This document shows positions 18,181 to 26,742 of a stretch of DNA of 45,119 nucleotides, one piece after another. How positions within the stretch are numbered: position 1 is the first letter of the stretch; the number at the start of each line of letters is the position of its first letter. The position numbers were made by a program, and so were the translations under genes. Source of the stretch: an uncultured Planctomycetia bacterium (GTDB lineage: Bacteria > Planctomycetota > MHYJ01 > CAYXQY01). The notes below the pieces were generated by a model. That model searched no databases. It saw only the letters and a program-made list of their open reading frames with translations, and was not told where the DNA came from. The stretch spans positions 1 to 45,119 of the forward strand of contig CAYXQY010000007.1 of NCBI GenBank assembly GCA_964466525.1, in the 5' to 3' direction.

Positions 18181-18675
18181 ATGACCGTCAGGAATCAGAC
18201 GACTCCGATCCGATCAGAGGGGAACATCAAGTATCATTCCAGCACCATCCAGCTTGAAACAGAGGAAAGCCCGGCCTTCATAAAGATCACATTACCCGTC
18301 AGAGAATTTATCCAGGAAAGCGATATTTCCGAAGGACAGATTTTCATTTTTTCCAAACATACAACGGCCGGGATCACGATTCAGGAGGACGAACCGCTTC
18401 TTCTGGATGATTTTGAGGTATTTCTGGAGGAGTTAGCACCTGAAAGTGGGGATTACGACCACAACAACTTCGAAATACGAACGGTCAATATGAATGAGGA
18501 TGAAAGTGAGAACGGACACTCCCACTGCCGTCACCTGACCATTGGACCTTCCGAAACACTACCGATACAGGACGGGAAGCTTGTCACCGGACGGTGGCAG
18601 GATATTTTCCTGATTGAACTTGACGGCCCACGGGATCGTGAAATTTTTTTGCAGGCGTCCGGCATAAGTCGTTGA
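18181..18675 (+). CDS. yjbQ: YjbQ/UPF0047-family protein (secondary thiamine-phosphate synthase-like)
   Basis: 164 aa. FSKHTTAGITIQEDEP...HNN...NGHSHCRHLTIGPSETLPIQDGKLVTGRWQDIFLIELDGPRDR. Confidence 0.85.
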   Translation: MTVRNQTTPIRSEGNIKYHSSTIQLETEESPAFIKITLPVREFIQESDISEGQIFIFSKHTTAGITIQEDEPLLLDDFEVFLEELAPESGDYDHNNFEIRTVNMNEDESENGHSHCRHLTIGPSETLPIQDGKLVTGRWQDIFLIELDGPRDREIFLQASGISR

Positions 18676-18825
18676 AACGTGCCCCGCCGTTCACGACCTC
18701 CTGTAAGCCTCCTCCTGTGAAAACGTATTCCCCTCTTCTACTCAGGTTCTTCAGACAGCCTTGCACCTGACGTTAACAACGAAGGGCTCAGCAGTCCCTT
18801 TTTCGTCCAAAACCGAACGTAAACC

Positions 18826-18999
18826 ATGCTCCGGGAACTTACCTCAAGAAGTCTTCAAATCGGCGGGATGCTGTTGGCAGGATTGGCCCTCTGGACAGGA
18901 ATCATGGAAAATTCAATGAGGGCCGAGATCACCATCCTGATGGTCGCGATACTGGTATTTTTTGCCGGATGGCTGATCGGGAACAAATCCCGATCGTGA
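18826..18999 (+). CDS. small predicted two-TM membrane protein (57 aa, below the ORF-track cutoff)
   Basis: My translation is MLRELTSRSLQIGGMLLAGLALWTGIMENSMRAEITILMVAILVFFAGWLIGNKSRS. It has two hydrophobic helices with a charged loop and a basic C-terminus. No homology support. Confidence 0.3.
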   Translation: MLRELTSRSLQIGGMLLAGLALWTGIMENSMRAEITILMVAILVFFAGWLIGNKSRS

Positions 19000-19020
19000 A
19001 GACGAATTCCAGCGATAAAA

Positions 19021-19485
19021 TTATCCTTCCTCTTCTTCCGTCCGTTGAACGACCCAGGCATTTATCTCACCCTGGACTTCCGGGTGTAGTCGGAGGGGGA
19101 TCGTGTAAACGCCCAATTGCTGTATGGGTTGCTTGAGTTCGACCTGACGAGCATCCAGGTCAAGGTCGTACTGATGTTGTACCTCGTCGGCTATTACTTT
19201 CGATGTAACGGAGCCGTAAAGCTGTCCCTCCTCATTGGACTCAACTTTTAACACGAGGAATCGATCCTGAAGTTCTTCGAGAAGCGCCTCGTGTTCCCCA
19301 ATTCGTCTCTGTTCCTCTTTCCGTAACCGATCGGCCTCCTCTTCCAGCTCTTTTTGCTTTTCCTCCGTGTTTGGGGTAGCCCATCCCTTTCTAAACAAAT
19401 AGTTTCTCGCATACCCCGGAGCGACGTCGACTACGTCTCCACGATCACCGAGTTTATCGACCGTTCTCCAAAGTAAAATTTCCAT
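19021..19485 (-). CDS. rplI: 50S ribosomal protein L9
   Basis: MEILLWRTVDKLGDRGDVVDVAPGYARNYLFRKGWA...; follows rpsR. Confidence 0.95.
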   Translation of the reverse strand: MEILLWRTVDKLGDRGDVVDVAPGYARNYLFRKGWATPNTEEKQKELEEEADRLRKEEQRRIGEHEALLEELQDRFLVLKVESNEEGQLYGSVTSKVIADEVQHQYDLDLDARQVELKQPIQQLGVYTIPLRLHPEVQGEINAWVVQRTEEEEG

Positions 19486-19491
19486 GGCCGA

Positions 19492-19719
19492 TTACCCCTG
19501 CCCCAGCAAACCAAGAAAACGGGCGTGTTTGACGGCCGTTTTCACCCCGCGCTGATGACGGGTACAATTTCCCGATCGCCGTTTCGGGAGAATTTTCCCC
19601 TGCATGTCAACCATCTTCCGAAGTTCGCCTACGTTCTTATAGTCAATATGTTCAATGCCATCACGGCACCAGCGACAACGGGTCCGGCGCTGAAATTTTG
19701 TATAACGTTTTTGTGACAT
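19492..19719 (-). CDS. rpsR: 30S ribosomal protein S18
   Basis: 75 aa. CRWCRDGIEHIDYKNVGELRKMVDMQGKILPKRRSGNCTRHQRGVKTAVKHARFLGLL. Confidence 0.96.
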   Translation of the reverse strand: MSQKRYTKFQRRTRCRWCRDGIEHIDYKNVGELRKMVDMQGKILPKRRSGNCTRHQRGVKTAVKHARFLGLLGQG

Positions 19720-19756
19720 CAGTACGGATCAATTAATTGTTTAAAGATCTGTCCAA

Positions 19757-20362
19757 TCAAGTCTCAGCTTTCGCTTCTTTCGAAACATCTTCCCCGGTGC
19801 TCTCCGGAAGCTCTCCTTCCTGTGAGATTTCTGATGCGGCATCGTCCCCAGCGTCAGGGACGGAATCCTCCTCTCCCTCAACCTCCTTTTTAACTTCCTC
19901 GGACTCGGATTCCTCATCAGGTGATTCCGGCTCGGAATCCGAGGATCTGGACGATTCATCGTCAACATCTTCGTCCGCCTCCTCCGTCGTTTCCTCGTCC
20001 TCTTCGGATTCTTCCTTATTGGCTTCGATCCGTTCCTGGATCATGTCTCTATAGGTCTGTTCCTTTTGACGGTTCAGGATTAATACGCGAAGGATCCGCT
20101 CATTAATCTGCGTATCCTCTTTGATATCATTAACCAGTGAGGGATCTGCCTGAAAATACGTCAATACATACTTTCCACGTCGCTGCTTCTCGATTTCCTT
20201 TTCAAACTGCTGATCCGCCCAGTTTTCGATATAATCGATCGACGCATCATGTTCCTTAAGCACCTCTTTCACAGCGGATCGTGACTGTTCCCAGGCATCT
20301 TCTCCTCCTCCCCCTTTTGTTACAAACATCCCTTCGTAAAAATTCATATCAGGCTCTGACAT
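19757..20362 (-). CDS. rpsF: 30S ribosomal protein S6 with a long acidic C-terminal extension
   Basis: S6-like core MSEPDMNFYEGMFV...GKYVLTYFQADPSLVNDIKEDTQINERILRVLIL followed by ~100 aa of D/E/S-rich tail. The ORF track start 20416 adds 18 non-S6 residues. ATG 20362 has a GAGG about 10 nt upstream; ATG 20347 is an alternative. Confidence 0.9.
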   Translation of the reverse strand: MSEPDMNFYEGMFVTKGGGGEDAWEQSRSAVKEVLKEHDASIDYIENWADQQFEKEIEKQRRGKYVLTYFQADPSLVNDIKEDTQINERILRVLILNRQKEQTYRDMIQERIEANKEESEEDEETTEEADEDVDDESSRSSDSEPESPDEESESEEVKKEVEGEEDSVPDAGDDAASEISQEGELPESTGEDVSKEAKAET

Positions 20363-20434
20363 TTTACAATTGCCTCGAGAGTACAAATTCAAATATTGAT
20401 GATACCCCACCTGCATAAATTGAAGTGGATAATA

Positions 20435-20463
20435 AATTTATGCGATTCGTTGTGCAATGTCAA
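20435..20463 (-). promoter_or_regulatory. sigma70-type promoter of rpsF-rpsR-rplI (TTGACA-17-TAAATT)
   Basis: The reverse strand reads TTGACA ttgcacaacgaatcgca TAAATT, about 70 nt upstream of the rpsF ATG. Confidence 0.55.
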
Positions 20464-20594
20464 GAGAAACAGTTCATTCGAAATCATTGCATTTTTTTCT
20501 TACGGTATAAGGAAGCAGCTGTTGTTTCGTCCCCAAATACTTACGTTTTTTCACTTGTTTTCCCAGCAAAAATCCCTCCAACTTTTCGACCATA

Positions 20595-21869
20595 ATGGTG
20601 AATCCTGAAAAAGCTTACGATGGATCAAAAGAAAAACGCAGTTTTACGGTACGGTCCGGAAACGAAAAAGAACAGGCCCTCTCCGTATCAGAACTTACGA
20701 ATCGGATCTCCTCCATGCTCGAAAAAGGGATTGGAGACACCTGGGTGAAGGGCGAAATATCCAACCTCAACTTTCCACGTTCCGGTCACGTCTACTTCGA
20801 TCTGAAGGATCAGGAAGCAATTCTTCCTGTCGTCCTTTTTCATCGTTCCGCCAAACAGGTCGATTTCGACCTCAAGGAAGGATTGGAAATACGACTTTAC
20901 GGCAAAGTTTCCGCGTACGAGGAACGGGGTAACTACCAGATTATCGCCCGGGAACTACAACCTCTTGGAGAAGGGGCATTAAAACTCGCCCTGAAACAGC
21001 TTCGGGAAAAATTGGAAAAGGAGGGTCTGTTTGATCACAAACACAAACAACCCCTGCCGGAACTGCCCCGTTCAATAGGGTTAGTTACCTCTGGAACGGG
21101 TGCTGCGGTACAGGACATGATTCGAACCATTTCTTCCCGATTTCCCCCGGTACATATTCTGGTTGTTCCCGTAAAGGTTCAGGGAGAAGCCGCGAAGCAC
21201 GAAATTGCAGAGGCGATCAAATTTTTAAACAAACATTCACTGGTGGACGTTATTATAACAGGGCGAGGAGGGGGGAGTCTCGAGGATCTATGGGCGTTCA
21301 ACGAAGAAAAAGTAGCCCGATCTATTTTCTCTTCTGACATCCCTGTCGTGTCCGCCGTCGGTCATGAAGTTGACACCACGATCAGTGATCTTGTCGCCGA
21401 CCATACGGTACCAACTCCTACAGCAGCGGGACAGGGAGTGGTCCCTGATTATGATCGACTTCTCCTGAAAGTCTCAAACCGTGTTGAACGCCTGCACCGG
21501 CAGGTAAAAAAGATCGTTGCAACAAACCTGAAACGACTCCATGACAAATCCAGACGTGTGTCGAAAGCACATCCCAGGAACAAACTCCAGCGGAATAAGA
21601 ACGCTCTTTCTCGAAAAATGAAATCGATTCATCGCGAGATAAAACATCAGTTCAATAACAGACGGAGACGAGTTTCCGCTGCGGCGGATCAGCTGGATAG
21701 CTTGAGCCCTCTAAACGTTCTAAAACGAGGATACAGCATCACCCGGCAGGCACACACCCAACAAATTGTTCGCGAAGCCTCAACGTTATCAACCGGAGAT
21801 CAGGTCGAAACTCGACTATCCGATGGATCGTTCGAGGCAGAAGTGGTGGATGTGAATCACGAAGAGTAA
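20595..21869 (+). CDS. xseA: exodeoxyribonuclease VII large subunit
   Basis: 424 aa. OB-fold VKGEISNLNFPRSGHVYFDLKD, GRGGGSLEDLWAFNEE, SAVGHEVDTTISDLVAD and a C-terminal coiled coil. No xseB is visible downstream. Confidence 0.92.
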   Translation: MVNPEKAYDGSKEKRSFTVRSGNEKEQALSVSELTNRISSMLEKGIGDTWVKGEISNLNFPRSGHVYFDLKDQEAILPVVLFHRSAKQVDFDLKEGLEIRLYGKVSAYEERGNYQIIARELQPLGEGALKLALKQLREKLEKEGLFDHKHKQPLPELPRSIGLVTSGTGAAVQDMIRTISSRFPPVHILVVPVKVQGEAAKHEIAEAIKFLNKHSLVDVIITGRGGGSLEDLWAFNEEKVARSIFSSDIPVVSAVGHEVDTTISDLVADHTVPTPTAAGQGVVPDYDRLLLKVSNRVERLHRQVKKIVATNLKRLHDKSRRVSKAHPRNKLQRNKNALSRKMKSIHREIKHQFNNRRRRVSAAADQLDSLSPLNVLKRGYSITRQAHTQQIVREASTLSTGDQVETRLSDGSFEAEVVDVNHEE

Positions 21870-22032
21870 ACCAGGCGGTTCTCGGTTCCGTAACAACATT
21901 GCATGAGACGGTGACGCGATTCCGGTGAGCTCCTGCTAATTATATCCGTATTCTGTAAACGTACAGACCTTACCTCCAATCCGATAAGAAAATACGCCCG
22001 TTCCTTTTTGTATATTCAGAATAACGACCCAG

Positions 22033-24207
22033 ATGTTACGCCATAAATTTTTCTCCTCTCTGCTCCTTTTCACTGTTTTCGGCTTCATGCTGTCGGAAGC
22101 AGATCGATTGCTTCAGGCCCAGGGACTGGGTAAGAAACGACGGAGTTCCGCTCAAATTCGCAAGAGTCCGCAGGCCATGCAATTACTCGAGCGTGCACGG
22201 AACCAGCGTGACCGCCAGAACATGGGTAAGTTTATTGAACTCGTTCAAAAAGCCCGGGAAAAGTACAATGAAAAGCTCATTCCGGTACAGGACGTTGAAG
22301 GTCTTTATACCAGCGTGCGAAAACAGACCCTGGATCTGCTCATGTCCATGGACAGCAAAGGCCGAAAGCTGTACAGGAAAACATACGAAACACCTGCACG
22401 CAAATTGCTGCAGGACGCTCAATCCACACATGATCAGGAGACGCTGAAAACCGTGGCTGACCGATATCCACTTACAGAAGCCGCGTTCAGGTCCCTTAGA
22501 AAACTCTATACCAAGCACATTAAAGAAGCAAAATTCGATAAGGCATACGACTTTCTTCGGACCAAATACCAACGTGTAACGAAACAAGATCGGAAAGCCC
22601 GCATTGCTACCAAAATTGCATTCTGTCTTGCCCACCTCGGCCGTCCGAACGAAATCATGGAATTCTCCGGAACGTTCCCGGAGAAACTGGCGTCACGAAA
22701 CATTACGTGGAAAGATGAGTCGTTTGAATTACAGGAATTCATGAAACGCCAGGTCCAGTTTGCAGCTGAACGGGAAAACTCAATTAAATCAAAACAAAGT
22801 GAGAACAGATCTTTTCAACCCGCGACACGGCCGTCCTCCCCATCAGCTACTCCATCCATATTTCAGTTCCGAAGTGAGAACCTGACGCCTATCATTCACT
22901 TTCCGGTTCCGGACAGTGCCTCCCGGGAGTTTCGACATACTCGATTTGTGAAAGGTCGTCAGGGACTCCATACGACGTTCGGATTTTATCCGACACGCTG
23001 GAACGACTGGATTCTGATGAACAACGGCATTACCTGCTGGGCATTCAAGGTTTCTTCCAATCCCTTCCCTTCCTCAAAAACGAACGCCTCCTGGTCCGTG
23101 AGCAAAGAGGGAATGAACGGAGGTCAAGTTATGAAAGATGTCAGACAGGTTTTCCGTGGGACCGTATCCGACGGGGGAAATTATTTCTGTTCCCTGGTCA
23201 CGGATGTCGGAAAATCCCCTGTCCCGACGATGAATCTGCGCGTACGATATCCGATTCCCTGGCGAACACTTTATTCGATAGATGTTAGAGACGGTTCCGT
23301 CAACTGGAAGAGAGGTGGAACTTCGGATACCGGGTTCCTTCAGAACACAAGTTTCCCGTCCGGGGTCGTCCTTGACGACGGGAAACTCTACGGAACGGTC
23401 GTCAAGTTCCAGACGTCCAACCAGACGCCGAATATTTACGGCGTTGCAATTGACGCGAAGACAGGAGATCTTTTATGGCGTTCTTTCATCACGAAAAACA
23501 TGCTTGGAACGAATTTGTTCGGGAATCCAACGAGGGAAGTCATCCCCTCTCCACCGGTACTTGACCGTAACAACGTCTACATCAACACCAATACAGGATT
23601 TACCGCTGCTCTTCATCGTGAGACGGGGACCCTCAACTGGCTTTACAAGTACATTCGATGGGGATCATTACGCACGAGAGGCATTTATCCGCGGCGGCAG
23701 AGCACATTCTGGCAGAACAACCTCCCGTTCTTATTTCACGATACACTACTTATCACGCCGACTGATTCTTTACATCTTCTGGCCCTGGACCGCGAAACGG
23801 GTCGAACCAGATGGAGGCAAAAACAGCTGGATCTGGCCCAGACCCTGAATGACTTTGCTCAGTGGGTGGTGCCGATGAAAGATCACCGCTATGTCATTAG
23901 CAGTCAGAAAGGAATATCTATATTTTCCGGATATACCGGCAAGCAAATTTCGGACGTTTACAACCCCGCCACACCCATCGAAGGGCGACCCGCGGTTCTT
24001 GACGAACACATACTTCTCCCCACGACAAAGGGGATTCTTGTCCTTCGTTACAACTCGGAACGGGCATCTGACCGGATTCGTCTTTCTCGAAAACGGATGG
24101 TTTCTCCAGATCCGTACAAACAACAGGGTAATTTATTCGTTTTCCGCAATATGCTTCTGATGGCTGGACGTAAGAGATTTACTGCGTACATGATCGGCGA
24201 GAATTAA
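22033..24207 (+). CDS. secreted protein: N-terminal helical/TPR-like region plus C-terminal PQQ-like (BamB-type) beta-propeller
   Basis: 724 aa. Signal-peptide-like MLRHKFFSSLLLFTVFGFMLSEA and a helical basic region to about aa 250. Repeated propeller signatures follow: DAKTGDLLWRS, HRETGTLNWLYK and ALDRETGRTRWRQK. Confidence 0.7.
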   Translation: MLRHKFFSSLLLFTVFGFMLSEADRLLQAQGLGKKRRSSAQIRKSPQAMQLLERARNQRDRQNMGKFIELVQKAREKYNEKLIPVQDVEGLYTSVRKQTLDLLMSMDSKGRKLYRKTYETPARKLLQDAQSTHDQETLKTVADRYPLTEAAFRSLRKLYTKHIKEAKFDKAYDFLRTKYQRVTKQDRKARIATKIAFCLAHLGRPNEIMEFSGTFPEKLASRNITWKDESFELQEFMKRQVQFAAERENSIKSKQSENRSFQPATRPSSPSATPSIFQFRSENLTPIIHFPVPDSASREFRHTRFVKGRQGLHTTFGFYPTRWNDWILMNNGITCWAFKVSSNPFPSSKTNASWSVSKEGMNGGQVMKDVRQVFRGTVSDGGNYFCSLVTDVGKSPVPTMNLRVRYPIPWRTLYSIDVRDGSVNWKRGGTSDTGFLQNTSFPSGVVLDDGKLYGTVVKFQTSNQTPNIYGVAIDAKTGDLLWRSFITKNMLGTNLFGNPTREVIPSPPVLDRNNVYINTNTGFTAALHRETGTLNWLYKYIRWGSLRTRGIYPRRQSTFWQNNLPFLFHDTLLITPTDSLHLLALDRETGRTRWRQKQLDLAQTLNDFAQWVVPMKDHRYVISSQKGISIFSGYTGKQISDVYNPATPIEGRPAVLDEHILLPTTKGILVLRYNSERASDRIRLSRKRMVSPDPYKQQGNLFVFRNMLLMAGRKRFTAYMIGEN

Positions 24208-24392
24208 GGGATACGACATGTGCCGGATCCGGATTCTTACCGGGAACATTCTGAGTATTATTGATAGATCTCCTGATATTTCTAAGCTACAACCTACATC
24301 TTTGAAAATTCAGGTGGTTTGAGATAGTATATAGGTTCATTATCTTTTATGTGAGCTGCATCAACTCGGTTAAACTTTACAGGGAAGAATCC

Positions 24393-25523
24393 ATGAGAAC
24401 CATGCTTCATCCGATTGGCGTTACCCGTCCTCAACCCTGGGTTTTTCCCGTTCCAAATGAGATGGTGACTCTATTTTTTTTGTTCGCCCTCCTATCGTTT
24501 TTCCCCGGTCCCTCAGCCACAGCTGAGGATCAGCTGGCACGAAAGGATTTCTCGGATCTTTATACAGAGGACATTCAGCGTTCCGTAAACCGTGGGTTGC
24601 AATGGCTTGCTGAAAATCAAACGTCCGGTGGAGCCTGGAAGTCCATCGTAGGATACAAATTAAACGACGAAGTAAAAGGGAAAGGACCTTATCGGAATGT
24701 TGGTGTCACATCCATTGCCGGGCTTGCCTTTCTCTCAGCGGGGCATTCCCCCGGTCGAGGGAAATACGGAAACGTGGTCGAAAAGGCGATCCAGTTTATC
24801 GTCTCCAGAGCCGACCCGGACACGGGATACATTTCCTATCGGGGCACTCGAATGTACGAACATGCCTTTGCCACGTTATTTCTCGCTGAAGTGTATGGAA
24901 TGACGGGCCGCCCGAAAGTGCGTCGCACCCTGAGAGAAGCCGTCCGAACCATTCGTTACGCCCAGAATGAAAACGGGGGATGGCGATATCAACCCCGGCC
25001 GGACGAGGCGGACGTATCAGTCACCGTCACCGTTTTACAATCGTTACGGGCCGTAAATAATGCCGGTATCACGGTTGAAAAATCGATCATTAATCAGGCT
25101 ATGGAGTACATACGCAAATGTTATCGAAAGGATGGTGCTTTCATGTACCGGGCCAGCAAAATGAGCCGTACCAGCTGGGCTCTTACTGCAGCCGGAATTG
25201 TTTCTCTGCAATCCGCGGGTAGATACGATTCACCAATGGTTCAGAACGCATCACAATGGTTAATCAACCGGATGAGGCATGACCGAAGGACAAGATGGGG
25301 AAAATACCATTATTTCTACGGTCACTACTACGCATCTCAGGCGCTCTACCAGTATGAATGGGATGAATTTCGCTCGTACTATAACAACCTCACTCCGGAA
25401 ATACGTTCCCATCAGAAGACGGATGGTCGCTGGACGGACGATGTGAGCCCAACATATGCCACCTCCATGGCCTGTCTGATTCTACAGCTACCGATTCGGT
25501 ATCTTCCGATCTTTCAAAAGTGA
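24393..25523 (+). CDS. secreted prenyltransferase/squalene-oxidase-repeat (alpha/alpha-toroid) protein
   Basis: Hydrophobic leader LFFLFALLSFFPGPSATA, then repeated aromatic/Gly-Trp units (SGGAWKS, ENGGWRYQ, KDGAFMY, TDGRWTD) typical of the terpenoid-cyclase/prenyltransferase fold. I did not see a DxDD-type catalytic motif. The ORF track start is GTG 24351. Confidence 0.65.
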   Translation: MRTMLHPIGVTRPQPWVFPVPNEMVTLFFLFALLSFFPGPSATAEDQLARKDFSDLYTEDIQRSVNRGLQWLAENQTSGGAWKSIVGYKLNDEVKGKGPYRNVGVTSIAGLAFLSAGHSPGRGKYGNVVEKAIQFIVSRADPDTGYISYRGTRMYEHAFATLFLAEVYGMTGRPKVRRTLREAVRTIRYAQNENGGWRYQPRPDEADVSVTVTVLQSLRAVNNAGITVEKSIINQAMEYIRKCYRKDGAFMYRASKMSRTSWALTAAGIVSLQSAGRYDSPMVQNASQWLINRMRHDRRTRWGKYHYFYGHYYASQALYQYEWDEFRSYYNNLTPEIRSHQKTDGRWTDDVSPTYATSMACLILQLPIRYLPIFQK

Positions 25524-25553
25524 TCGATACGTCCCACCGGATTCCGGAATATG

Positions 25554-26462
25554 TTAGATGATTCTCACTTCTGGTTCGAGCCTTACGTCGTATTCTACGT
25601 GTACCCGTTCCTGTACCTTCCCGATCAACTCCAGCACGTCTCGTGACGTCGCATCTCCCTTGTTGACGATGAAATTCGCATGGTCCGACGATACACGAGC
25701 ATCCCCCACTTCAAATCCTTTCAATCCTGCTTCGTCAATGAGTCGGCCCGCCGAATCATCGTCGGGATTTTTAAACATGCATCCTGCACTGCGCTCACTG
25801 ATGGGTTGGGTTTCAGAACGTTTTTCATGTAATCGTTCATGTGGGGGGGCCTTGTTGTCCCCCTCAATATTTGTACCTGAAAATTCCACCTCGAGGATCA
25901 CCTCATCCGTGAGGCTGCTTGACCGATACGTAAAATCCGGCGAGGTGATAAGTTTTTTTTCAGGATGATCCGGATGAAGAACGAAGACACGCTCGACAAA
26001 ATCACCAATCTCGCCCAGCCGTGTACCTGAATTCCCATGCACCGCCCCCCCGACCGTCCCCGGAATACCCGTCAGTCGTCCGAAGGTAAACCACCCTTCT
26101 TTCACTGCTTTGCGTACAAGCGGGGGCAAAGAGGCACCCGCCCCCGTACGGATCAAAAATTCATCCCCGTCCTTTTTCAATGTCCTCCCGGTAAATGCTG
26201 ACTTGCATAATTCCACCAGCACGTACTGTTCTACTTTGTCTGTAAACACGACGTTCGAACCTCCACCAATGACGATTAGTGTTTTGTTCTGATCCTCCGC
26301 CAGGTTACGGATATCGTGGAGGTCCCTGAGTGATTCGGGTTGAAAAAAGTAATCAGTGGTCTTGCCGACACCGAGTGTTGATTTCTTTGCGAGATCCGTC
26401 GACGGCTGCCAGCAATGTGTAATTTCGCGGTGCTGAACTGCGTGTTGAAGTTTTCGTTTCAA
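25554..26462 (-). CDS. murB: UDP-N-acetylenolpyruvoylglucosamine reductase
   Basis: 302 aa. FAD-binding IVIGGGSNVVF, GIPGTVGGAV, SAGCMFKNP and HANFIVN. Confidence 0.9.
   Translation of the reverse strand: MKRKLQHAVQHREITHCWQPSTDLAKKSTLGVGKTTDYFFQPESLRDLHDIRNLAEDQNKTLIVIGGGSNVVFTDKVEQYVLVELCKSAFTGRTLKKDGDEFLIRTGAGASLPPLVRKAVKEGWFTFGRLTGIPGTVGGAVHGNSGTRLGEIGDFVERVFVLHPDHPEKKLITSPDFTYRSSSLTDEVILEVEFSGTNIEGDNKAPPHERLHEKRSETQPISERSAGCMFKNPDDDSAGRLIDEAGLKGFEVGDARVSSDHANFIVNKGDATSRDVLELIGKVQERVHVEYDVRLEPEVRII
25558..25576 (+). repeat. 19-nt exact repeat partner (ATGATTCTCACTTCTGGTT), overlapping the last codons of murB
   Basis: Identical to 35211-35229. Confidence 0.6.
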
Positions 26463-26742
26463 AATACTGATCGGTGATAACTGGAATTCAATTCGCCTTA
26501 CAGCTATTTTACACTTCTATCGATGTTGACTCAATCCGACCCGTTTACCACAGTGGTTCCAGAATTCACAGAAACGCGATTAACTCGTATCGTTACAAAG
26601 TGTGCTGCGTAACGTCTTCGAAACCCTCAATCATTGATCTTACGAGAGAATTCGGTTGAAGTACCACCGCCTGCAGTTCGAATACCGTTACTACGCATTT
26701 GATACGGGTGTAAAATAAACACTTTTCCACTCATTCTACTCA

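Noticed and set aside
19737-20054. 105-aa Ser-rich plus-strand ORF
   Set aside because: It is the antisense reading of the GAA/GAG/GAT-rich acidic tail of rpsF. The Ser richness is a compositional mirror artefact.
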